A DNA stretch of 64,000 nucleotides from a virus. Numbering within the stretch: the first letter of the stretch is position 1; every line of letters begins with the position of its first letter. The notes under the pieces were generated by a model that saw nothing but the letters and a program-made list of their open reading frames with translations, did not search any database and was not told where the DNA came from. Both the position numbers and the translations under genes were made by a program. The DNA lies in the IMG/VR virus record IMGVR_UViG_3300025133_000032; one strand, given 5' to 3'. This document shows, in pieces, positions 39,901-48,455 of the stretch.

Positions 39901-40448
39901 GTAGATGTAGCAATTGCTTGCATGATTCCGCGGAGTTTGTTCGCGGTCATTATTAGACCATCCAAAACACCTAGCGGGATGCTTAAAATTGCCTTACCGA
40001 TATCGAGGAATGCACCAGCAACAGACATTGTTAGTCCAGTTAGTGACTTTAGTAGATTTATCGAAAACATAAACCCAGACGCTAGACCATCTAAGAAAGC
40101 TAACGCTGCAATTTTTGCTTTGGGTATTTCACCGCTAAAGGCTAGAAGCATACTTTTCATACCCTTCATTGAGCCCTTAGACTTTAAGAAGGCTTTTGCG
40201 ACAGCTCCCATTGATGAAGAAACACCAACACCAGTCTCCTCTGCTGTAGCAGCAGCTTCGCTCAATGCTTCATTCATACCCCTGATTGACTCAGTGACAT
40301 CGCCAGTATCTGCGCCCTCAAGAGCCTTAACAAGCCCAGCAGCTAAACCGATCTGCCCTTTGAGCAGCTCAGACTGCGTTTTGAGCATTTTGGTGCGACT
40401 TGTAGCAAGCTTATTAAGCTGTTGCTGTATTTCTATCTGGGAAGCCAT
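36915..40448 (-). CDS. Tail tape measure protein
   Basis: 1177 aa, Ala/Gly-rich helical with hydrophobic segments, between chaperone and baseplate genes. Confidence 0.8.
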   Translation of the reverse strand: MASQIEIQQQLNKLATSRTKMLKTQSELLKGQIGLAAGLVKALEGADTGDVTESIRGMNEALSEAAATAEETGVGVSSSMGAVAKAFLKSKGSMKGMKSMLLAFSGEIPKAKIAALAFLDGLASGFMFSINLLKSLTGLTMSVAGAFLDIGKAILSIPLGVLDGLIMTANKLRGIMQAIATSTEEVRKAFGDLVSGPGLAVVSTAKSLTGELEKSGLTGYRVFGNLAERLDYVNKLAQGMNGSFEMFKREISGPVGTAILLMQKGLGATAEDMGGLARKALAMGSSLEKELRDASKYALSFGNAFGLSIKNIGRDIAAMSKDVQNFGNLGPRALAKVSVYSKKLGIEFKSLLGIVEQFDTFESAAISSAKLSQAFGANVDAIRLMRAENPADRLEELRRGFFAAGQSAEKLTRQELKLLSQTTGLNAETARTVFSQKNMGVTMAQLEKQGKIAQNRQITTAQAVQKLASSIERIIKPFREFTGFLTAFADGFARGVFGAKDFRTMLTGLYGALRKTYMIGIRVGKIFVDMFPGVKDMVNVLNDFFSVSKKGSEFKKFIESVEKSFKSFFSSVITGDVKTVGNLLSDLEDSFGILDAEGKGKKFIEGFKKFGRGIGLVMGQLIKIIQPEIEKILNDVWKKIEPSVMKGAVAIGALFFATMFSAGVIKAGVSFLVVSLGEALIAAFAGGTAASSFAAAAGAVSSVLFNPLLWVPALIGMFAALGVGVSAGMKKFGPTFTKEFGAGTSAAMASAAAGMIDTLTFGLLGKGTSETAGRWIGQFAQAAGGYIKTIFGPAVFMNIKKQLDAGIKLLASLGDFAKAIFSGDMGVIKLKALEFGSALLASLYTAITEGIPMLYNLGERLLGAVVMKGIPWLFDFIQGTLIPGLLEIAAKVLSVVSHIISGMFKRMSSFSESIPLIGGLLAPIFEFLGDTFELIGDVFGFLGEKLNDFRVMIKGMGGYSSYIGLIFEMMKLMAEDALEYVGEFFTVKYWKDLGSNIMKGLVGGLKGIGTTLSAPFKGGISKIKKALGIASPSKVMMSIGKDMAAGVGVGVRGIPDALEAASKIGVTRVKSAFDKISQLDNAFIRKARKTSTLQATGAIDDLVKEASAVSDTVESIKTLDIDAKLKQLGDKLGIEGDELTIKHRDSKFIINLNVTMEADKLVKVLAESGVVTTEISR

Positions 40449-40514
40449 ATCAAACCCTCGTGTTAATAAGTATTATGTTAGACGAAACGTGTACTTATTA
40501 ATAAATGTTCAATA

Positions 40515-40796
40515 CTAGAGAGGGAAAGGAACGCCGAGCTTTTTTTCGAAGTCACTTGATGTGGCATTTTTTGCTTGTAGCTTGTTCATAATCGTCTCTG
40601 CGGTTGCACCGGGACGATTCAATTCTTCTTGAAACTTCTTTGTTGCAATTAAAGCTGCCTTGACGACCTCGACCTGTTCAGACGTTCCGTGTATCTTTAA
40701 ATTAGATATTTTGCCAAGTGCTGAGGCTGCGACACCCGCAAGAAATAGTTTTCCTACAGTACTAATGCCAAAATCGTCGAATATACTTTCATTCAT
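40515..40796 (-). CDS. Hypothetical protein
   Basis: SD aggag; tail operon. Confidence 0.65.
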   Translation of the reverse strand: MNESIFDDFGISTVGKLFLAGVAASALGKISNLKIHGTSEQVEVVKAALIATKKFQEELNRPGATAETIMNKLQAKNATSSDFEKKLGVPFPL

Positions 40797-40814
40797 AAAA
40801 ACTCCTATGTTTAA

Positions 40815-41063
40815 CTATTGAAGAAACCTTTGCATGTTATCAGATATTTGCTGATTTTCTCTTGGAGTATGATTTCTAGGAACATTAGGCGATGCATCAT
40901 TTTCATCACCCTTTTGCAACTCCCTGTTTGTTCTGTTGATGAACCAGCGCCTGTATGTAACTGGGATATTCCAAGCAGCCTCGAATGAAAAATTCGAGTG
41001 CCACATCAACAGAAAAATGGGTTCTAGAAAAATTTCATGATCACTCGGCGTTAGGCCAAAAAA
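40815..41063 (-). CDS. Frameshifted C-terminal extension of the tail assembly chaperone
   Basis: Open frame from the U7 tract: FFGLTPSDHEIFLEPIFLLMWH..AWNIPV.YRRWFI. Confidence 0.65.
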   Translation of the reverse strand, partial: FFGLTPSDHEIFLEPIFLLMWHSNFSFEAAWNIPVTYRRWFINRTNRELQKGDENDASPNVPRNHTPRENQQISDNMQRFLQ

Positions 41064-41883
41064 AGTTGGCCCCTAAGGGCATCGTTACCTCCCACTCATT
41101 GTCACATTTAGAGCATGTCATACCATGTTCCATATCGATACCAGGTTCATTATTCTGTATATATTTTAGAAGATACTGTGAATCAGCGGCCGGCATTGTA
41201 GGGATTGCTCTTGCCAACTCTGCGCGATCGGTGACGCCATTAATCGACACAATTGATGCCAGCAGACCAGATGTAATCAATTCGCTACTAGCATCACCAA
41301 GAGACTTCTTTCTCTTTGTAGAAACCAGCGTCATTTCTTCTTCATCATGACCAGTTAAAAATCTAAATCTAACTAGATACTTTGACATCGGTAATCTTGT
41401 TTCGAACACATTTGTATTTGGCTCGACTGAATCTATATTCAATTTCTTTAATTCAAGCTTATTTAATTCAAACGTCCTCTCTTCTTTATGAGTACAATTC
41501 GGGCATTCAACCTTTGCTGGATATGAAGCGCCATACCCTGAAATTCGTAGGGCGATCATAAGTGTGTTTCTATCGCCGACGAGCATTTCTCTTACGTCGA
41601 TCGCTTTGTTTACTAAACTTGAATTTAGTAGATGAGACATTAATGTCCCTTTTTTCGCAAGGGCTGCATTAGTTAAGATGTTTTCTTGTGCTGCCGTCAT
41701 TGCGTTGATATCAATTGCTACACTATCACATAATGCACTGCCTTGTGGGTAAACAGCACCCTGTGATGGAACAGGAACACTAATGGAGGGAACATTAAAT
41801 GTTAAACCACCAGGCGGAGCACTAGACATTTCATCTACTGCAGCTTTCTTATCAAAAATTTCATTTTTTCTAGTTTTTCCCAT
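41041..41883 (-). CDS. Tail/baseplate assembly chaperone (T4 gp26-like)
   Basis: VPS.G..Y, MTA..E.IL, GDRN..MIALRI.GYG..Y, two CxxC, ends NFFWP. Confidence 0.75.
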   Translation of the reverse strand: MGKTRKNEIFDKKAAVDEMSSAPPGGLTFNVPSISVPVPSQGAVYPQGSALCDSVAIDINAMTAAQENILTNAALAKKGTLMSHLLNSSLVNKAIDVREMLVGDRNTLMIALRISGYGASYPAKVECPNCTHKEERTFELNKLELKKLNIDSVEPNTNVFETRLPMSKYLVRFRFLTGHDEEEMTLVSTKRKKSLGDASSELITSGLLASIVSINGVTDRAELARAIPTMPAADSQYLLKYIQNNEPGIDMEHGMTCSKCDNEWEVTMPLGANFFWPNAE

Positions 41884-42067
41884 ATTACCCCACTATTTTA
41901 TATCATAGCATTCAAAAGTAAATACTACCTAGTGTAAAGTTATGGAAAGATTATTTGTTACATTAGCACTCAAAGCATGCATACGAGATGCCAGAATGCT
42001 CTCTAATCGCTGTTAATGATGTATGTAATAAACACATCATATGAAAATTCAATGTATAAGATGTACA

Positions 42068-42439
42068 TTAGATTATTGTGACGTCACGAATGCTGACTAG
42101 TATCTCGACTTCATCAGCAGGCTCGGCTTCTGCATCTATTCTTGTTACAATAACATTCGCTTTATTTGACTCGTCAAAGTAAATGATGCCTGTATCCCCA
42201 TCAGCAACAACCGCATTTGAACCAGAGCCTATAAGCTGCGCTGTTACTCTATACTGGCCATAGGGTAGTCTCTTATTAATGTCATATTCAACTTCATATT
42301 TTCTACCAGATCCGCCACGGCTCCCAATTCTACGTGCGGGTGCGTCACCGACTGTAAATACTAAAGCTAAACCATACCCACGGGTAATAATTTTGCCATC
42401 GGGCCCAAAACCTCTTGTGATTATCTGTGCGTTTGCCAT
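42068..42439 (-). CDS. Hypothetical, probably structural protein
   Basis: IITRGFG/IITRGYG repeat; SD agga. Confidence 0.55.
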   Translation of the reverse strand: MANAQIITRGFGPDGKIITRGYGLALVFTVGDAPARRIGSRGGSGRKYEVEYDINKRLPYGQYRVTAQLIGSGSNAVVADGDTGIIYFDESNKANVIVTRIDAEAEPADEVEILVSIRDVTII

Positions 42440-42490
42440 CTAGTCCTGTGTTTATTATAAATAATAAATAAGCTTTATATAATTATGAAT

Positions 42491-43120
42491 ATGAAACCGC
42501 TTAATGAATTTATTAGTTACGTGTTAAGTGAGCGCAAGAGAACCTTTACATTTAATGCCTTCAGACATTTGACTGATCTTGGTGAGATGCTGCGTTATCT
42601 TGATGCCACCTTACGAATGCAGCAAGCAGGTGTAGGGTCATCCAGGAGAGCATACAGAATTAATAGCAGAAAGGTTATAAAAATAGCTATGAACTCTCAG
42701 GGAATCGCGCAAAACAAAGCAGAGATAGAAACATACACAGACCCAGAAGCGAAACCACTCATGGCAAAAATCTTTGATTATCATGATAAATTTTTGTGGC
42801 TGGAAGTTGAGCACTTGCAAAAAGTTGACAATAAAACATTTAAGATGGATACTGGCATTTACTTTTATGATTTTTGTGACTGCATTTCTGGCGTGCTTTT
42901 AGATAATGAGCCAATTGAGAGTGTTATCGGTGACATAGATGATAAAAGAGCCATTAAGCTGATAAAAGATACTATTGGGTTTGCCAGATCAACCGGTACT
43001 GTTGTTAATGATCTATTGGCCGGAGAGCAATGGGGTAAGACTGCAGACGGGCGCTACGTAGTTCTGGATTATGGGTTTAATAAAGAAGTAGCGCATTTAT
43101 ACGGCTTCACGCAGTTCTAG
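42491..43120 (+). CDS. Protein-kinase-fold protein
   Basis: GVGSSR.AY, VIKIA, N..E, DL....W, LDYGF; start moved to 42491, 5 nt after ATAATTA. Confidence 0.65.
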   Translation: MKPLNEFISYVLSERKRTFTFNAFRHLTDLGEMLRYLDATLRMQQAGVGSSRRAYRINSRKVIKIAMNSQGIAQNKAEIETYTDPEAKPLMAKIFDYHDKFLWLEVEHLQKVDNKTFKMDTGIYFYDFCDCISGVLLDNEPIESVIGDIDDKRAIKLIKDTIGFARSTGTVVNDLLAGEQWGKTADGRYVVLDYGFNKEVAHLYGFTQF

Positions 43121-44527
43121 CTATTTAGCAACCCAAACTTGAGGGCCACCGACACATTTGCCTCTGTTTATAATGGTGCCCTGACAAACGCACACAGCTT
43201 CCAATGGCTCACCTTTTAAGGGAGCATTATTTACAATTCGTGAGCCAACCAAAGATGATGCACATGATTTTCCAACTCTAATTTTGCCCCAACATTTTTC
43301 TATTGTAGCATTGGGCTTACTTTCGTAAATACACCCTTGCATCCCAACCCAAGCTCGATTAGGTGTCAACTTTGTTCCATGGCTCGTTTGTGATCTATGT
43401 GTTGTCATAGACAGATCAGAACCTGACAATTGACCAACACGCCAGCCGAAGACTCCAAACTCTGGTTTCCATCCCATATCAACAAGCTGCCTGCCACTAC
43501 TGAATGCGAATGGGGTATCTCTATGTAATCCGAGCAGACCCGTTCCATCTGCATATCGTATACTACCTTTAAGATGATGACCACGAAGTTGTACGACGGA
43601 ATCATCACCTGCATTTTGTATATTACCTCCGATGACAGTAATATTACCACCAAGAAATGAACCGACTGCTGATCCTTCTTGGTATGGGTTAATGATAGCA
43701 GATGGTGCATTGTTATTGCCAACGCTGATTATATACGACGGAAACTCTTTTTTTGTCTTTGTATTCCACACATATGCAACTTGTGGAGAGATAATCGTAT
43801 TGCCCAAAAAGCTCTGTTCTTTCCATCCCCAGCAATCTGTTACAGCTTTTTCGCAAACGTTACTGATATCGACATGTTCAAAGTGACCAGCATTTGCATC
43901 AGCACCACGGACATACAATCCCCATGATGCCATATTACGAATTTGTACTGAGGAGAGATAGACACCATTGGCATTGCCTTGTGGGTATGTTGCCTCAATT
44001 CTGAGGCCCATACTATACCATCTTATCTCGACATCGCGTAACGCGATTCTTGCAGACGCAGTAATGCCTGTTGCACCTTGTGATTTAGAAGTTCCCCATA
44101 CCGACAGCTTTTCTAGTGTTGCATCGCCCTTAAACCCTCTAGGCATTGGGCTTGCACACGCAGGATCGGTTTCTTTTCCACCAGCACATACACGAGTCGT
44201 GATACCTCTATCTATCTCAAGAATACTGCAGCTTGTGCCGCACCCAATGATGTAATGCCCTCTATAAAGAATAAGTTCTTGTAATCTGTATACGTTATTT
44301 CCAAGCTTTATTTCGCCGACCCTGTATAGATCTCTACGAGATGATGAGGGTTCTATAGAGCGGAATGCACGATCAAAAACATCATCCCAATATTCACCAG
44401 AGTTTGGGCATTGCTTTACTACAGAGCCATCATCTTTTTTAATAGAATTACAAAAATTTTCTACTTCAACAGCAAAAGCTGGAGCAGAAAATAACATCAT
44501 TATAAGCAGGAACAAGACATTCTTCAT
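43121..44527 (-). CDS. Signal-peptide-bearing beta-helix (pectin-lyase-like) protein
   Basis: MKNVLFLLIMMLFSAPAFA signal; G..Y.L...I....H.IIG.G...S.L; Asn/Gly beta-helix periodicity; many Cys. Confidence 0.55.
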   Translation of the reverse strand: MKNVLFLLIMMLFSAPAFAVEVENFCNSIKKDDGSVVKQCPNSGEYWDDVFDRAFRSIEPSSSRRDLYRVGEIKLGNNVYRLQELILYRGHYIIGCGTSCSILEIDRGITTRVCAGGKETDPACASPMPRGFKGDATLEKLSVWGTSKSQGATGITASARIALRDVEIRWYSMGLRIEATYPQGNANGVYLSSVQIRNMASWGLYVRGADANAGHFEHVDISNVCEKAVTDCWGWKEQSFLGNTIISPQVAYVWNTKTKKEFPSYIISVGNNNAPSAIINPYQEGSAVGSFLGGNITVIGGNIQNAGDDSVVQLRGHHLKGSIRYADGTGLLGLHRDTPFAFSSGRQLVDMGWKPEFGVFGWRVGQLSGSDLSMTTHRSQTSHGTKLTPNRAWVGMQGCIYESKPNATIEKCWGKIRVGKSCASSLVGSRIVNNAPLKGEPLEAVCVCQGTIINRGKCVGGPQVWVAK

Positions 44528-44552
44528 GCAAATAAATATGAAGAATGTCTTG
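44513..44552. promoter_or_regulatory. 15-bp perfect hairpin covering a start codon, with ATATTTA motif in the loop
   Basis: caagacattcttcat-N10-atgaagaatgtcttg. Confidence 0.75.
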
Positions 44553-44567
44553 CTTTATTAAGAATTA

Positions 44568-45980
44568 TTATTTCAATCTAGCACGTTGACGAACGTCAGC
44601 GAGTGTTTGATCACTCATTAATTTTCCATCTCTAAAAACGACATTTAACATGTCAACAGCATCCGGAATCTGTAAATCATCAGTTACCGTCATATACTCT
44701 GATCCATTCGTTGGTGTAACGAATGATGGGTGTGACAATAATCTAAGGCGACCCTTTTTACTATTTTTCGAGGGCATTGTCGCCGGCCTTTTAAAAACAT
44801 CACGCTGCTGCCCATTTACGACGGCACTTGAGCACTTAAATGCAAATTGACATGTGTCTCTATTACAATCTTGTAACAAGCCGCCGCCAGAACCAAAGAC
44901 AACATTATCGAGACTATACCCTGCTTCTAGTACGGCATCAATAATTTCACTTAAGGTGCGACGATTGATGCCATCGCCCTGAATCACTCTTACTTGTGGT
45001 GGTAACATACGGTAACCTTTGTCATTGTAAGCACCCCCAAATTCAGTGTCTAAAATCCTTAGGAGGGCAGGTACGACCTTTCTGGGATCACCTGAATCTG
45101 GTCGAATGACCACCGTACCATCTCTTGCCAAGACAGCTTCCTTTAATTCTCTACCCCAAAGCCTTTTTGTCGCTTCGTATATATCCCAAGAATCAGACAC
45201 AACAGCTACTGGCCCAGTAGGAAATTGTTCTAACATATTTTTATATGCTTCTAACTCACTGGCCTCGCCCCAGCTCGTAATAGTTGAGTGCTCGGCGGCG
45301 GGAATACTAACCCCTGCCATATTATGGCCGTAGTACTCTCGTAAGAACTGGATTGCCGGAAGAGTATCTGATCCACTGAAGTTCACTAGATGTGCTGCGC
45401 CACCCATAGCTGCAGATTCCATAGATGTTGAACCTCTGCAACCAAAATCATGCAACTTATACTGTAGGCCAAGCAGATCGTCAGCAGAACGCTTAAGCCC
45501 ACTCTTAATAGCTTTCTTCATTTCCCTTGAAATGGTCGCGACCGTTGATGTATACCAGCATTGAACTAACAATGTCTCAACGTAATTGGTCAACCACCAA
45601 CACTGTGGATCTGTATTCTCCACAGTCATCATTACATTTCTTGGCTTGATTGGCATTCCCTCAGGAACTGCCTTAATTTCAATTGGCAGCCGGCCATCAT
45701 GCTTTTCTAGGATATATTCCCAGCCCTTTCTATAGAACATGTCTGAGTTGCCAAAATGATCAGCAAAGTATATTGAAGCTTCATTGATCTTTTCTTGTGT
45801 TACAACTTGACCAGCAAGATATCTCTTGATTAAATACTGTAAGCCGAAGAATACAACTTCTTCAAACTCGCCGCCCCTAGATTCAAAATAAGAATATATA
45901 TTTGATGTATTAGGAGGATATTGTTTAGCGTGTGATGCTTTGTATGAATCAGAAAGTAGGATAATATTGTCGTTGATCAT
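44568..45980 (-). CDS. nadV: Nicotinamide phosphoribosyltransferase
   Basis: DSYKASH..QYP, YFESRGG, LHDFG.RG, PAAEHST, VSDS.D, IRPDSGDP, IQGDG, FGSGGGLLQ. Confidence 0.95.
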   Translation of the reverse strand: MINDNIILLSDSYKASHAKQYPPNTSNIYSYFESRGGEFEEVVFFGLQYLIKRYLAGQVVTQEKINEASIYFADHFGNSDMFYRKGWEYILEKHDGRLPIEIKAVPEGMPIKPRNVMMTVENTDPQCWWLTNYVETLLVQCWYTSTVATISREMKKAIKSGLKRSADDLLGLQYKLHDFGCRGSTSMESAAMGGAAHLVNFSGSDTLPAIQFLREYYGHNMAGVSIPAAEHSTITSWGEASELEAYKNMLEQFPTGPVAVVSDSWDIYEATKRLWGRELKEAVLARDGTVVIRPDSGDPRKVVPALLRILDTEFGGAYNDKGYRMLPPQVRVIQGDGINRRTLSEIIDAVLEAGYSLDNVVFGSGGGLLQDCNRDTCQFAFKCSSAVVNGQQRDVFKRPATMPSKNSKKGRLRLLSHPSFVTPTNGSEYMTVTDDLQIPDAVDMLNVVFRDGKLMSDQTLADVRQRARLK

Positions 45981-46876
45981 GGTAGGTATTCCTTTTTTAG
46001 AAAGTTGATAAGAGGTCTATGGCCCGGCATTATGCCTTCATGCGCTTTACGTAATTCGAACCATTTAACTTCACACAGATCATCACCAGCAACAGCTTCT
46101 GTATCATCTATTCTAACAGCAAAGAGTGATGTTAGTAACCCTATTTCGCCGGCTTGCTTCATCCTCCAATCACCAACGGGCGTACTCATAAGGTATTTAA
46201 AATCATCTTTAATAATATCAATTCCAGTTTCTTCTCTCAATTCTTTAGAAGCTTCACATTCAAGTGTTCTACCTTTATCAACCATTCCACCTGGCAAACG
46301 CCATTTTACTTCATTATTTTTTCTACCCAGGAGAACCATCATACCACTTGATCGAACTGTCAAGACTGCTATATCTACGCACATTTTGACATAAGGCCAT
46401 GAATTTTGCGTTGAGTAAATTATTCCAGCTCTAAAGTCTGGAGAATTTCTTACAACTTTGCCTAAGTCCTCGCGTTGTTCTGTACCACTATGGTACCTTA
46501 TCGCTGATTCTACCTTTACTGTAGTAAACCTCCCTTTGTAGTGAGATTGAAATGAATCTCTTCCACCATATAGCATGGCTTTTGATATATTGGGAATGAC
46601 AGCAGTAACAGCTGAATCTAGTTGATCGCTCCATACCTCATCTGACTGTTTGTCGTGTAAAGGTAAGAGAATAGCATCTGGATACTCAGATTGAATTGCT
46701 CTTGCCCTTGTTTGGTAATCTAAAGGATCATGCTTTGTCCCTTGGATTGGTGATACACCAATAAAAATTACTACTTTTCTATGATTTTCAAATGCCTTGT
46801 TTATAAGGAATCTGTGTCCCTCATGTAAGGACTCTACTTGGAAGCGCCCAACTATGACGCCAACATCTACACTCAT
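45977..46876 (-). CDS. nadM: Bifunctional NMN adenylyltransferase/Nudix hydrolase
   Basis: GRFQ...LHEGH, SGT..R, Nudix box PGG.V......E..A.KELREETG, AGDD. Confidence 0.9.
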   Translation of the reverse strand: MSVDVGVIVGRFQVESLHEGHRFLINKAFENHRKVVIFIGVSPIQGTKHDPLDYQTRARAIQSEYPDAILLPLHDKQSDEVWSDQLDSAVTAVIPNISKAMLYGGRDSFQSHYKGRFTTVKVESAIRYHSGTEQREDLGKVVRNSPDFRAGIIYSTQNSWPYVKMCVDIAVLTVRSSGMMVLLGRKNNEVKWRLPGGMVDKGRTLECEASKELREETGIDIIKDDFKYLMSTPVGDWRMKQAGEIGLLTSLFAVRIDDTEAVAGDDLCEVKWFELRKAHEGIMPGHRPLINFLKKEYLP

Positions 46877-46988
46877 TTTACTTCTCCAACCTACTTAATT
46901 GGGTCTACATCGTGTAGGCCAATTTTTTGAGGTTAATTAAATTATTTTGTTAAATTATAATAACACTATCATTATAATTTGTTCAACG

Positions 46989-47648
46989 TTATTTTTCACA
47001 AGGAAAAAATAGTTCTTCTGCTTTTGATAGATGCGCTGGTATTAGCAACTTGAATGCACCCAATGCATCAGAATCCGTCGCTACGATATTGTCCCAAGTA
47101 TAAGAGCTATCATCATATCCATAAGTGAATGTTACAGGCATTACTCCAGGATCCGAAAACTTCGCAGTCGGAGCTTTCTTATTGACCTTAACTAACTTCG
47201 TTAAAAACTCTTTGTCAAATGCTTCCCTTATAGTGTTATAAATAATATGTGTCCCAGGAAATGTCTGCCTACTAGAAATGCTAGTAAGTGATGACATTGA
47301 CATAGGGATTTCTTTATCTTTTAGATGATCAGTACCTGCCATAACGTTCATCCGCATTTTAGCATTGTCACCCAAAAGTAAACCTTCAGTTGGTGAAATC
47401 TTCGCTGTATTTGCTGTATTTAGTTCAGTATATAGCTTGGACCCACAAACAACAGAATCGACGAACTTCAATGAGACTACTGTAATTTTATTTTTAATAT
47501 CAGATGATAGATTACAGATTGCAGTCTCGATGTCATTAATCAATTCAGTGTTAATAACTTCATGACAAGAAGCAAGTTTAAATTTAAATTTCTTTGTGTT
47601 CTGTGTACCTACTATTTTCCAGATGTGTGTTTTATTTACTTTGTTCAT
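46989..47648 (-). CDS. Hypothetical protein
   Basis: 219-aa ORF, no motif recognised. Confidence 0.55.
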   Translation of the reverse strand: MNKVNKTHIWKIVGTQNTKKFKFKLASCHEVINTELINDIETAICNLSSDIKNKITVVSLKFVDSVVCGSKLYTELNTANTAKISPTEGLLLGDNAKMRMNVMAGTDHLKDKEIPMSMSSLTSISSRQTFPGTHIIYNTIREAFDKEFLTKLVKVNKKAPTAKFSDPGVMPVTFTYGYDDSSYTWDNIVATDSDALGAFKLLIPAHLSKAEELFFPCEK

Positions 47649-47800
47649 TTTACATTCTAAATAATATATTTTTTTGTAAAAATGAATAAAAACGTAATAT
47701 ATTAATAATACATTAATGCCATATAAATTAGAGTTTATAATAACACGGGATTCTAATCTTCAAATCTTTATGCGCGATGATTGTAAGATTATAACTGAGA

Positions 47801-48205
47801 TTGACTATGTTACTGGCAAAATCGATAGTATTATGTACGAAAAATATTGACTCAGCCGATAACTTTGGTTACTACAAGCTGCATCGTGAAGATGGACCTG
47901 CCATCGTAGCTTTTTATAATAATGGCAATGTATGGTACGAAAAGTATTTTGAAAATGGTCATTTGCACCGAGTTGATGGCCCAGCTGAAGTCAGTTATTA
48001 TGATACTGGCGTCAAAGCGACAGAACTCTACTGCCAGAAAGGCCACATGCATCGAGAAGATGGTCCCTCAAAGACATATTTTACCGATGGCAATTCTGAA
48101 ACCATTCTGTGTTACGCTATTGACGGGACAGACTATACAGTTAGTGCTTATAGACTCTATCTTCTTATGAGAGAAGATTTTAACTCTTTAAAAGAGACTT
48201 ATTAA
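47801..48205 (+). CDS. HREDGPA-repeat protein (N-terminus possibly frameshifted at A5, 47840-47844)
   Basis: Three HR(E/V)DGP units, YRLYLL..SLKETY. Confidence 0.75.
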   Translation: MTMLLAKSIVLCTKNIDSADNFGYYKLHREDGPAIVAFYNNGNVWYEKYFENGHLHRVDGPAEVSYYDTGVKATELYCQKGHMHREDGPSKTYFTDGNSETILCYAIDGTDYTVSAYRLYLLMREDFNSLKETY

Positions 48206-48420
48206 TGAAAATTGAATGTGCAGACATAAAATTAGGTGATATAATTGAGGTGCCAATCTATGGGAATGGTGGCTTGAAGGACACTAGGTGTTACGTTCTA
48301 AGTATTGAGCCACAAATAAGCGGTTTACTTCGACTGCTATTACTCACAATGAGTGACAATAAGGTATACGGAAGGCTAGGGCATGCGACAACACCCATAA
48401 CGCTCATTTGTCGTCTTTGA
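48205..48420 (+). CDS. Small hypothetical protein
   Basis: TAATG coupling to upstream gene. Confidence 0.55.
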   Translation: MKIECADIKLGDIIEVPIYGNGGLKDTRCYVLSIEPQISGLLRLLLLTMSDNKVYGRLGHATTPITLICRL

Positions 48421-48455
48421 AATTAGAACTAGTCATCTTATGCCGATGAATTTAA

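Noticed and set aside
46897-46924. NrtR operator
   Set aside because: The palindrome does not fit the GT-N7-AC core; reported only as a structured leader.
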